This document shows, piece by piece, positions 11,701 through 18,687 of a DNA stretch of 64,000 bases. The position numbers and the translations under genes are program-made. Origin of the DNA: Planctomycetota bacterium (GTDB lineage Bacteria > Planctomycetota > UBA8108 > UBA1146 > JAJFFE01); assembly GCA_046154185.1 (NCBI GenBank), contig JBJXGE010000032.1:19848-83847 (forward strand). The letters are read 5' to 3'. The notes beneath the pieces are model-generated. The model ran no database searches. It was not told the origin of the DNA and was given only the letters and a program-made list of their open reading frames with translations. Within the stretch, counting starts at the first letter, position 1. Each line of letters opens with the position of its first letter.

Positions 11701-12142
11701 CGGCGAAGTTCTTTTCCACGGGCCTGCCCTGCAGAGCATCGAATCCCTCGACGAATGCCGCGCCGACGGCGTCGCCGCGCACATCCGTTCCGCTCCACCA
11801 CCGCGCGAGTGGCTCAAGCACCCCCTGCGCGCGCAATGGCTCGGCGATCCGCTCGCCCTCGACAGCGCGTTTCAGTTGCTGATCGTGTGGAGCCACGAGC
11901 AGCGCGGCGCACACTCGCTGCCGGCGTGCGTCAACCGGTATCGACAGTTTCAGCGCCAGTTCCCCACGACCGGCGTTACCCTGCGCGCGCGCATTACAAC
12001 TGCGACAGCGAACCTCGTGCGCGCCGATTTCGAGATTCTCGACGCAGCAGGCGAAATTCTCGCCACCCTCGAAGGCAGCGAATCGACCATCGATGCCGGC
12101 CTCGCGGCCGCGTTCCGCGCCAGCGCAAGTTCGCCGCACTAG
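5726..12142 (+). CDS. pfaA: PfaA-type iterative type I PKS/FAS: KS-MAT-ACP-ACP-KR-DH
   Basis: KS: DAACASSL, EAHGTGT, KSQIGHTKAAAG. AT: GQGAQ, GHSFGE, AFHS. Two ACPs: LDADLGIDSIKRVEILS and LEADLGIDSIKRVEILS. KR: TGGARGV, HGAG, YALANE. DH: HRLDHQLVVP, LFHG, LDSAFQ. Starts 1 nt after the pfaD stop. Confidence 0.93.
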   Translation: MAEDTSRATPEPIAIVGMSCLFPRAGSLAEYWQLLKHGRDAITSVPATHWSPSDYFDPDPKAPDRTYANRGGFLAPVDFDPMEYGILPASLEATDTTQLLGLLVAHGALRDAGYVDGGKSFDRSRASVILGVTGTLELVIPLGARLGHPIWRRALAEAGVAPAVADDVVARISNSYVPWQENSFPGLLGNVAAGRIANRLDLGGTNCVVDAACASSLGALHLAALELNAHRTDLVISGGADTFNDIFMYMCFSKTPALSATGDARPFSSDGDGTILGEGIGMMVLKRLGDAQRDGDRVYAVIRGIGASSDGKGNAIYAPSAKGQARALNAAYAMADITPDTIELLEAHGTGTVVGDATEVSALAQVYSAARGAGTPIESAWCALGSVKSQIGHTKAAAGVAGVMKAALALYHKTLPPTIKVKAPIAEVAPGRTPFYLNTERRPWIGRAAHARRAGVSAFGFGGSNFHAVLEEADRTKSAPDWDGSVELVCLGAENVAALRAELEPWAKAREWEPGQISARAAASRAGFSTTSAVRLAFVIEMETTNIAALVRGALAQLEGRADASSWTTPDGAHFGRGPRLGELAFLIPGQGAQYPGMLRDLACQFPEFLESLSAADEEYWHGANHEPKRRLSDCIFPQPRFSPSPSANSDDKSHEEILQATEIAQPSLGAVSIAALDVLRSFRIEPSALAGHSFGELVALCAAGVYSPRALHQLANFRGRLMATAGSERAGGDRGGMLAVQAESRELEHQITTHSLALVVANRNAPRQQVLSGASAEIERAAGLLEKAGFRSRRLQVAGAFHSRFVSNAEAPFREVLRRVRCKSPSIAVYANSTGDRYPADGDDVRAILAGQLARPVEFVRLVNNMYRDGARVFVEVGPGARLTSLAHSILEDRPHTAIALDASSGKRSGLADLARVLAQLGALGHDAAWANWNGGAPVPAKTPATRRLTVKLSGANYVTRPASTPVVPLVKQPNFELRSEPIVPTPAPRVAASSVSPSVRIETPVVKTSAPPSVPAAPAPTPALTLIQSQLAALNELQRETARLHEQFLEGQRLAQLSYLKLLESQERFAGVAPSVRVAPIAVVAATVPPTPAVVVAPVDVVAPLATPVMEVSPASTRDVGAEAVLAIVAEKTGYPVESLAIEMELDADLGIDSIKRVEILSALQERFPMAPRVRAEQLGTLRRLSDLVGALGSVVDIPASRPTSIPAAAPSTPAKNSPHEVAVDSHSRLGPELIRIVAEKTGYPPEMLGLEMELEADLGIDSIKRVEILSALQSSFPEFETLKAEHLGTLRRLADIVAHFAQRNAATPVAQPAPHVHVPMQSRRDVTCEEVIARPLNTNAPRAARDVAPNALVWIVGAPNELTRRTIAALSARGVHAAEINVAAPATLTAPGELAGLLVLPAESPRNSEEWRQVVHVLQCAQPALVRNRGFFVGVSVLGGRFGIGEFTANGDALSAGIAGLVKTVHQEWPDVACKCLDVALPPAQNAAAMDALADSIITEALTTGPIEIGIQGAALFSVETRARVATTNPARNPARPLLEPRDLVVITGGARGVTAEAALALATRYRPTIALVGRTNIDEEEPQWLRDAAGQLVTGEAALKAAIATNTHGRMLGQLAPRELEAAYQRIVAVRAIRTNLARLRATGADVSYHAVDVADGPAIAALLQHLTHKHGSIRGLIHGAGTLADALIENLTEDQLTHVYEPKVRGIEALLAGLATVGGDALRFLVLYSSTTARVGRRGQASYALANEVLNKIAQRESRQRPNTRVLAVNWGPFAGGMVTPALASLFAAEGVPLLDPEASAAWLLSELEHSDRTPVELVVLGGGAPAPRAGAPLGDSAADPVLERVLSLTVSLDAVPILAAHRLDHQLVVPAALMIEWLAQAAMHANPGLKFLGFDEFRVLNGITIKDDQRVEVELWCAKPKISSAGSNVVVELRSADASTRGWPRLHARASVCLGSNYGERPASSLVRRSPAALPLDAPRAGAELYGEVLFHGPALQSIESLDECRADGVAAHIRSAPPPREWLKHPLRAQWLGDPLALDSAFQLLIVWSHEQRGAHSLPACVNRYRQFQRQFPTTGVTLRARITTATANLVRADFEILDAAGEILATLEGSESTIDAGLAAAFRASASSPH

Positions 12143-12368
12143 CCCCTGGACAAACGCCTAGATCTCCCTGACTGTCGGGTTTTTGTTGTTGGGGAATCGC
12201 ACAGGGCGAGAACGCGCGTGTGCGGCTGCTGGCGATACGCATCGACAAGTCCTATTTGCAATCGCAGTTGGCATGCGTCAGGCGAGTGGCGCTAGAATTG
12301 CGCACCCGTGCGCGAACTCTGACGCGCGCCGCTCACATCGATGAGCATTCGGCAGAAAGGACTTCGCC

Positions 12369-13967
12369 ATGCTGCGGCTGGAATTCACCGACAAGATGAT
12401 GCGTGGGCTCGTCGCCTTGAGTTGCTTCGTCGTCATCCTCTCGACGAGCGTCGTGAGCGCGCGTCAACCCACTCAGAATTCCCGGCCCAAGCCGGCGGCG
12501 CCGAAGAAACTCTCGCGCGGCGTACTGCCAGTGCGCGACTTTGCTCGGTATGTCTATTTAATCGGCGATCGTTGGCTCAATTTTCCCAGCGAGCCCGCGG
12601 AACTCAGCTACATCGACGCTTCGGAAATCAACCTCCTCACCGATATCGAAGAACTCAGCGATGGACTGCTCGACGCCGTTTTGGAAGTCAACGGCTTCTA
12701 TGTCTGGGAAACCCGCCTGTTTGAAGGCACGCCAGTTTATTATCTGCGAGTTTCGCAGCGCTGGAACACGCCGATTCCGACGCGAAAGTTCAGACCTGCG
12801 CCGCGCATTCCGGCGCTCAAGCCCGTGACCAACGTGTTCCGTTTGCAGCATGCGACTTCGTACAAACTCGCCGCGGCGCTCCGCAGCCTCCGCGGCTCAG
12901 CCTCATCCGACGCGGCATCGATGATTTTCAATCTCGCGCATCCCGACGCGCGCACGCTCGTGTTGGCTGTCAATAGCGACCTCGCCGTCCACTACGACGC
13001 GCTCGTAAAATCGCTCGACGTGCCGGCCAACAGCGGCGCACATGCCATCGAAGTGCGCGCGTTGCGCCATGAGAATGCCAGCCACTTGGCGCAGCTCTTG
13101 CGCCCGCTCATCGAATCGATCGTTGCGCCGGGCGAAGGCGAGTTGCCCATGTTGATCGCGGATGACAAACTGCAGAAGCTCGTTATTTGCACCGACAATC
13201 CAACCCATATGTCGGTGATGCACGGACTCATCGACCAGCTCGATGTCGAGAGCGCCGTGTCACGCGGGACTACGAAGATCTACCGCGCGCAGCACTTGCC
13301 AGCGGCCGAGCTGGAAGCCGCGATCAATCAAGTCATTCAAGTCACCGAAGCGGTCAACGAGTCGGGCGCGGACGCCGTGCTGGATGGCGCCACGCGCTGG
13401 TCGGGCGTGCAGATCATCGCGCACGAGCAAACGAATTCGCTGCTCATGCGCGGCAGCACCGAGGAAATCGAGAATCTTTTTCGCGTCTTGCCGGCGCTCG
13501 ATCGACCCCGCAGCGATGTCGAACTCATGGGGCGCCGCGTCGCGCGCCTCGAGCTGCGCCACTTGAGCACGCGCGTCGCCGTGGACGCGCTCCGCAAGGT
13601 GATCGCCGCGGACGAGCGCGCGATTGAGCCAGCAAGCGATCGCACGCACGTCGTCGAAGATGCGCAGAACGGCCGCATCCTCATCAGCTACTCAGAGCCG
13701 GATCGGTACAAGAAATACCGCGAACTGCTCGCCAAGATCGATGTCCCGCCGGCCGACCGGGCGCCGAAGGAAGAGCTCCAAACTTGGGTCTGCCAACACC
13801 GCGTCGTCGACGAAGTCATCGCCGCGGTGCGAGAGAGTTGGAAAGACCCGCAACTGCCACTCGTCGCGATGCAGACCAACAACACGCTTCTCGTCCGCGT
13901 CGCGCCGAACGCCTGGCCCGAGCTGCGCGCCTTGATCGAAAAAATCGACGCGCCACGCGCGAACTGA
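12369..13967 (+). CDS. Secreted protein made of secretin N-terminal (N0 plus about five Secretin_N-like) domains, with no secretin barrel
   Basis: Signal peptide; five repeats of the pattern xxLxH..A..L...L....(T)N.L.......I..LD.P, e.g. IIAHEQTNSLLMRGSTEEIENLFRVLPALDRP; SD GAAAGGA upstream. Confidence 0.75.
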   Translation: MLRLEFTDKMMRGLVALSCFVVILSTSVVSARQPTQNSRPKPAAPKKLSRGVLPVRDFARYVYLIGDRWLNFPSEPAELSYIDASEINLLTDIEELSDGLLDAVLEVNGFYVWETRLFEGTPVYYLRVSQRWNTPIPTRKFRPAPRIPALKPVTNVFRLQHATSYKLAAALRSLRGSASSDAASMIFNLAHPDARTLVLAVNSDLAVHYDALVKSLDVPANSGAHAIEVRALRHENASHLAQLLRPLIESIVAPGEGELPMLIADDKLQKLVICTDNPTHMSVMHGLIDQLDVESAVSRGTTKIYRAQHLPAAELEAAINQVIQVTEAVNESGADAVLDGATRWSGVQIIAHEQTNSLLMRGSTEEIENLFRVLPALDRPRSDVELMGRRVARLELRHLSTRVAVDALRKVIAADERAIEPASDRTHVVEDAQNGRILISYSEPDRYKKYRELLAKIDVPPADRAPKEELQTWVCQHRVVDEVIAAVRESWKDPQLPLVAMQTNNTLLVRVAPNAWPELRALIEKIDAPRAN

Positions 13968-14009
13968 GCGGCGCTGTGAGATCTGCGGTTTTGGACAGCG
14001 TTGCTTGCT

Positions 14010-15548
14010 TCAGGCGATGCGCTTTCGCCGTGGCGCCTCGAGCACGTAGTAGAGCGCGCCCGCAATACCGAAGCCGACGAACCAGGCGTACTGATATATC
14101 GCATCGAAAAGTCCGGACTCGCCGGCGGTCACATGCGTGACCTTTAGAAAGCCTGGCACATTCGGCAAAACGCCGGCGATCAAAGCGAGCACCGCGGCTC
14201 GATTCACTCCCGCGTAGCGGCCGGTCGTCCGATAGAGATCGGCGACGTCGAGTTCGCGCCGCCTGAGCACCCAATAGTCGATGATCATGATCCCCGCAAT
14301 CGGCCCAAGCAGCGCCGAATATCCGATCAGCCATTCGAAAATGTATGTTCCCGGTGTTGCGAGCAGCTTCCAAGGCATCATGGCGATGCCGAGCAATCCT
14401 GTGATCAGGCCGCCGGTTTGAAACGAGATGTGGCGTGGCGCCAAATGAGCGAAATCGTTGGCCGGACTGACGACGTTTGCGGCGATATTGACGGAGATCG
14501 TGGCGACTCCGACACCGAAGAGCGAAATCACCGCGACCAACGTGCGCACGCCGGCCGAAGCCACGAGCGGCCCTTCGTGGCCGGACGGCGCGTTCGGCGA
14601 AATGATTTGCGCGAGGATGAAAACTGGATCCCAAAGTTTGGCGACTTCGACATCGCGCAGGATCAACTGGGCGGCGCTCGTCACGACGACGCCCATCGCC
14701 GAGAACGCGACCATCGTCGTCGGTAATCCGAGCGTCTGGCCGAGAATCTGCTCCTTTTGCCCGCGTCCGAAGCGTGTGAAGTCCGGAATGTTGAGCGATA
14801 GCGTAGCCCAGAAACCGACCATCGCCGTCAGCGACGGGATGAACACTGGCCAGAATTCGCTGAACGTCGAGAGCTTAGAGTTTGCCGCTAGCATGGGACC
14901 GAACCCGCCCGCGCGATTCACGGCCCACACCAAGAGGCCCGCCGCCAGAATGAGCACTATGGGCGCCGCCCAGTTTTCAAACCAACGCACGGCGTTCATG
15001 CCGCGGTAGATGATGTAAATATTGAGAGCCCAGAAGATCGCAAACGTAATGGCGCTCGCGCCGGAGAGGCCGAGGATTGATGTGCTCCCGCCAATCGTCG
15101 CGAAGCCCGGCCACAACGCGACGACGAAGACTCTCATCGCTTCGCCGCCGATCGAACACTGGATGCCGAACCAGCCGCACGCCACGAGCGCACGCAGCAG
15201 CGCCGGGATGTTCGCGCCGATCGTTCCGAACGACGCGCGCGCCAAAACCGGAAATGGAATTCCGTAGCGCGTTCCTGGGTGGGCGTTCAAGAGAATCGGC
15301 ACAAGCACAATCGTGTTGCCCAACGCGATCGTCACCAGCGCCTGCCACCAGCTCATGCCAACGGCGATCAAACCGCCAGCGAGCATGTAGGTCGGAATGC
15401 AGTGCGCCATTGAAATCCACAGCGCTGCGAAATTGTAAGTGCTCCAGTTTCGGTGACTCTCCGGAACCGGCGCCAAGTCGTCGTTGAAAAGCGGACTGTC
15501 TGTGACATCGGCGGGCAGCTCGGCAAGCACCTTTTTATCGCGCATCAA
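14010..15548 (-). CDS. NCS1 nucleobase:cation symporter (uracil/allantoin permease family)
   Basis: NDDLAP, RNWSTYNFAALW, GTRYGIPFPVLARASFG, WATLSLNIPDFTRF, NIAANVVSPANDF, PWKL; about 12 TM segments. Confidence 0.93.
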   Translation of the reverse strand: MMRDKKVLAELPADVTDSPLFNDDLAPVPESHRNWSTYNFAALWISMAHCIPTYMLAGGLIAVGMSWWQALVTIALGNTIVLVPILLNAHPGTRYGIPFPVLARASFGTIGANIPALLRALVACGWFGIQCSIGGEAMRVFVVALWPGFATIGGSTSILGLSGASAITFAIFWALNIYIIYRGMNAVRWFENWAAPIVLILAAGLLVWAVNRAGGFGPMLAANSKLSTFSEFWPVFIPSLTAMVGFWATLSLNIPDFTRFGRGQKEQILGQTLGLPTTMVAFSAMGVVVTSAAQLILRDVEVAKLWDPVFILAQIISPNAPSGHEGPLVASAGVRTLVAVISLFGVGVATISVNIAANVVSPANDFAHLAPRHISFQTGGLITGLLGIAMMPWKLLATPGTYIFEWLIGYSALLGPIAGIMIIDYWVLRRRELDVADLYRTTGRYAGVNRAAVLALIAGVLPNVPGFLKVTHVTAGESGLFDAIYQYAWFVGFGIAGALYYVLEAPRRKRIA

Positions 15549-15791
15549 AACCTCTCCGTCGGCCGCGTTGCGAGCGCACTTTTTTTTGGGGGCGTCTAGT
15601 TTGTTCGAGCCTCACGACCGCATCGAGGGATTCGGAGGTCAAAGACCGCAAAGCGCAGAGTGTACAGCGAGAGTGGCCCGAGGCTGCCCGGACAAAGGGG
15701 GTCAAAGTCGCCTGACGCTGAGTGGTCGCGGGCTCTCGTCTATTCCGAGGCAACTCAGTTCGGCGGGATCGGGAGGGCCGCCGGACTCGGG

Positions 15792-15819
15792 TTGCAAAAC
15801 GCGCCATCACCACTACACT
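15792..15819 (+). promoter_or_regulatory. Possible sigma70-type promoter for the metallopeptidase gene
   Basis: TTGCAA-N16-TACACT in an intergenic region about 140 nt upstream of 15962. Confidence 0.3.
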
Positions 15820-15961
15820 TATCTCCGTTGTGTCGGGGCTCTACTTGCCGCGAAAACTGAGCAGGCCGCCGAAACTTGACGGCGGTTCGACCGGAAAGCA
15901 GATCGTTGCTCGCATCCGACGCGTGCGCAACGGACTGCGATGAAAGTGGGATGGAGAACGC

Positions 15962-18595
15962 ATGTGGTACTCGAGAAATCTGTGCGCCGTTTTACTGCTG
16001 GCCATCGGGGTGTTCTCCTTGCCTGTTTTCGGTCAACTCGCGGCGACAAGCCAAACGCCACTCAGCGCGCCGGTGCGCGATGCGTTGCTCCTCACCGGCG
16101 GGACAATTCAGTCGCTCACTTTTAGTTTTGATCCCGTCCATGAAACGCTCTACACGGCCATCGACGCGGATGGCGCGACGTACACGCTGGTGCTCGATCG
16201 GCACTCGCTCCGCAGTGATTCTTTCCAGTTACTCGTCGACGTGGGCGGTAATCAGCTCGTGCGCTACCCCGAGCCGCGGGTTTGTACGTACAAGGGCACA
16301 GTTGTCGAAGACAGCAGTCTGCGCGCGCGCGGCTCGTTCTACGATGGCGGCCTGCGCGCGATGGTGTTCGGCCCGACCAGCACCTGGAGCATTCAACCGC
16401 TCCGAGACGTATTATCGGGTGCGCCGTTAGACCAGCACGTTGTCTATCGCGGCGATCAAGTCCGACCCGATGGCAGTGTCTGCGGGCTCGACACGAGTCA
16501 GATTCCGGCTCCGACCGGCGGTGGCGCCGCGCCTTTCGGCGGCACCGGCATCAAAGTGTGCGAGCTCGGACTCGATGCGGACTTTGAGTATTACCAAGAC
16601 AGCAGTTCGAGCGTGAGCGCGACCGTCAACGACCTCGAGAACATCATCAACCTCGTCGAGGCGGCGTACGAGGTGCCGGGCATCCTGATCCACTACGATG
16701 TGACGGTGATCATCGTGCGCACGGCTTCGGGGACGTACACGACGAGTAGTCCAGGCGGACTCCTCACGCAATTTGAGAACCGCTGGCAGCTTTCGCCGGA
16801 GTCGACCATCCAACGCGACGTTGCCCACCTCTTTACCGGCCGCAATCTCGACGGCACGACGATCGGCATCGCGAACTTGAGCGCGATCTGCTCGTCGAGT
16901 TTCGGCTACGGTCTTTCCGAGTCGAAATACACCAGCAACATCAATCTGCGGACGTCTCTCACGGCGCACGAGCTCGGTCACAACTGGTCCGCCACGCACT
17001 GCGATTCGGCGCCGGGTGATTGCCACATCATGTGCTCGTCCAACGGCGGCTGCGACGGCATACCGCCCGTGAGCTTCGTCGGACAATCGACGACGCAAAT
17101 TTTTAACTTTCGAAATTCGCGCACGTGCTTACACGATCTGCCGGAATCCGCCGCGCTTCCGTTCACCGATAACTTTCCGTCGACGTCGATCAACACTGGC
17201 CTGTGGTCGTACATCGACGGCCCATCGTCCGGCACCGGCGGTGTCGCGGAACCGTCGGCGCCCAACTCGCTGACGCTCAACGCGACCGGCTCGGGGCTCT
17301 ACTCTGATGATGACATCCGCTCGACTTTCATTTTGCTGCTAGGGATCACCGCGCCGACTCTTCAATACTCTACCCAACACCGCGGCGTGCCGGCGGGCGG
17401 GGTACTCCACGTCGAGTATTGGCGCACGAGTGAAGAATGGGTCAGCCTCAACGTGCTGACGTCGGACGGCATCGATGAGTCGGTCTACACGACACACACG
17501 CACTTGCTGCCGGCGAACGCCCGGCACAACGAGTTCCGCCTGCGTTTTCGCGTCGATGTCGCCTCGGCGAGTCAAAACTGGTACGTCGACAACGTCAGCC
17601 TCACCAACGGCAGCCCGCCGGCCGATGAACCGCCCTTTTTGTCGGTGGTCTCGCCGAGCGCTGGCCCCCTGACTGGCAACTCCTTCGTCAACGTGCTCGG
17701 CTCGTTCTTCACTTCCGACGCTTCGGTCTTCTTCGGCGGCGCGCCGCTCGTGTCGCCGCAATATGTCAACTCGACACTGATCACCGGGCTCACGCCGCCC
17801 GCAGTGGTTTCCGGTCCGGTCGTCGTCAGCATCAGTCAAGCCTCAGGGAGCGACTTCTTGTCCGAGGGATACCTATACGCGCAGAGCAATCTGCAGCTCG
17901 AAGGCGCCCAGGGATTCATCGGTTCGATCACCGAGGCGGGTATTTTCGCGAGTACCGATAGCCCGCTGGAAGGTTATTCGATTGCCGTCGACTTTGATGG
18001 TCAGCACATCGACATCGTCGAAGTCACGGTCGTCGGCACCGGCGCGGATGGCGCCGATTTCGTCGCACCGAACTACTCCAATAACCCGACCGATAGTTGG
18101 TGGACGATTGGCGTACTGATGGACTTGTCGCCCCCGATCGTCGACGTCGTGCCGGCCGGCATCGGACAGTCGATCGCGGTCGCCCGCTATGCCGTCTCTC
18201 CGACCGCGCCCGTTGGAACGTTCGTCCAAACGACCCTCGTCAACGGCATTGGCGTACCGCCGGTCGATAACATCTTCTCGATCTCTGGTGGTACGGCGGT
18301 CGTACCGAGTTTCACGCAGGGCTTGATCCAAATCCTCGCCGGTGGGTTCGTGCGCGGCGATGCCAACGATGACGGAATCGTGGACATCGCCGATCCAGTG
18401 ACGACGCTCAACTACTTGTTCGCAATGGGACCGGCGAGTTGCCTCGACGCGTTGGATTCGAATGACGATGGTCAACTCAACGTCGCCGACCCAATCTTCT
18501 CGCTGTCCTACCTGTTCTCGCAAGGAACGCCGCCCCCGGCACCGTTCCCCGGCGAGGGCGCAGATCCGACCGCGGACACGCTCGGCTGCTTGTGA
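15962..18595 (+). CDS. Secreted M12B/reprolysin-like zinc metallopeptidase with beta-sandwich, IPT/TIG, cohesin-like and C-terminal dockerin-like domains
   Basis: Signal peptide; cysteine-switch-like VCG; HELGHNWSATH zinc motif; CHIM Met-turn; VSPSAGPLTG (IPT); RGDANDDGIVDIAD...DSNDDGQLNVAD dockerin duplicate. Confidence 0.88.
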   Translation: MWYSRNLCAVLLLAIGVFSLPVFGQLAATSQTPLSAPVRDALLLTGGTIQSLTFSFDPVHETLYTAIDADGATYTLVLDRHSLRSDSFQLLVDVGGNQLVRYPEPRVCTYKGTVVEDSSLRARGSFYDGGLRAMVFGPTSTWSIQPLRDVLSGAPLDQHVVYRGDQVRPDGSVCGLDTSQIPAPTGGGAAPFGGTGIKVCELGLDADFEYYQDSSSSVSATVNDLENIINLVEAAYEVPGILIHYDVTVIIVRTASGTYTTSSPGGLLTQFENRWQLSPESTIQRDVAHLFTGRNLDGTTIGIANLSAICSSSFGYGLSESKYTSNINLRTSLTAHELGHNWSATHCDSAPGDCHIMCSSNGGCDGIPPVSFVGQSTTQIFNFRNSRTCLHDLPESAALPFTDNFPSTSINTGLWSYIDGPSSGTGGVAEPSAPNSLTLNATGSGLYSDDDIRSTFILLLGITAPTLQYSTQHRGVPAGGVLHVEYWRTSEEWVSLNVLTSDGIDESVYTTHTHLLPANARHNEFRLRFRVDVASASQNWYVDNVSLTNGSPPADEPPFLSVVSPSAGPLTGNSFVNVLGSFFTSDASVFFGGAPLVSPQYVNSTLITGLTPPAVVSGPVVVSISQASGSDFLSEGYLYAQSNLQLEGAQGFIGSITEAGIFASTDSPLEGYSIAVDFDGQHIDIVEVTVVGTGADGADFVAPNYSNNPTDSWWTIGVLMDLSPPIVDVVPAGIGQSIAVARYAVSPTAPVGTFVQTTLVNGIGVPPVDNIFSISGGTAVVPSFTQGLIQILAGGFVRGDANDDGIVDIADPVTTLNYLFAMGPASCLDALDSNDDGQLNVADPIFSLSYLFSQGTPPPAPFPGEGADPTADTLGCL

Positions 18596-18687
18596 ATTGG
18601 TGATGCGATACGGGCAGTCACCTCGCGCGGAAAAACCTTCGAGTTAGAATGCGCCGCACGCAGTAACTCGAAAGCAGGCGTTTCTTC

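Noticed and set aside
12165-12190. Terminator after pfaA
   Set aside because: A T-rich tract is present, but the stem is only about 5 bp with a G-U pair and a 3-nt loop; too weak to call.
12198-12215. CGCACAGGGCGAG resembling the start of a c-di-GMP-I riboswitch
   Set aside because: Lacks GGCAAA, the GNRA-capped P2 stem and the downstream GCAAAGC element.
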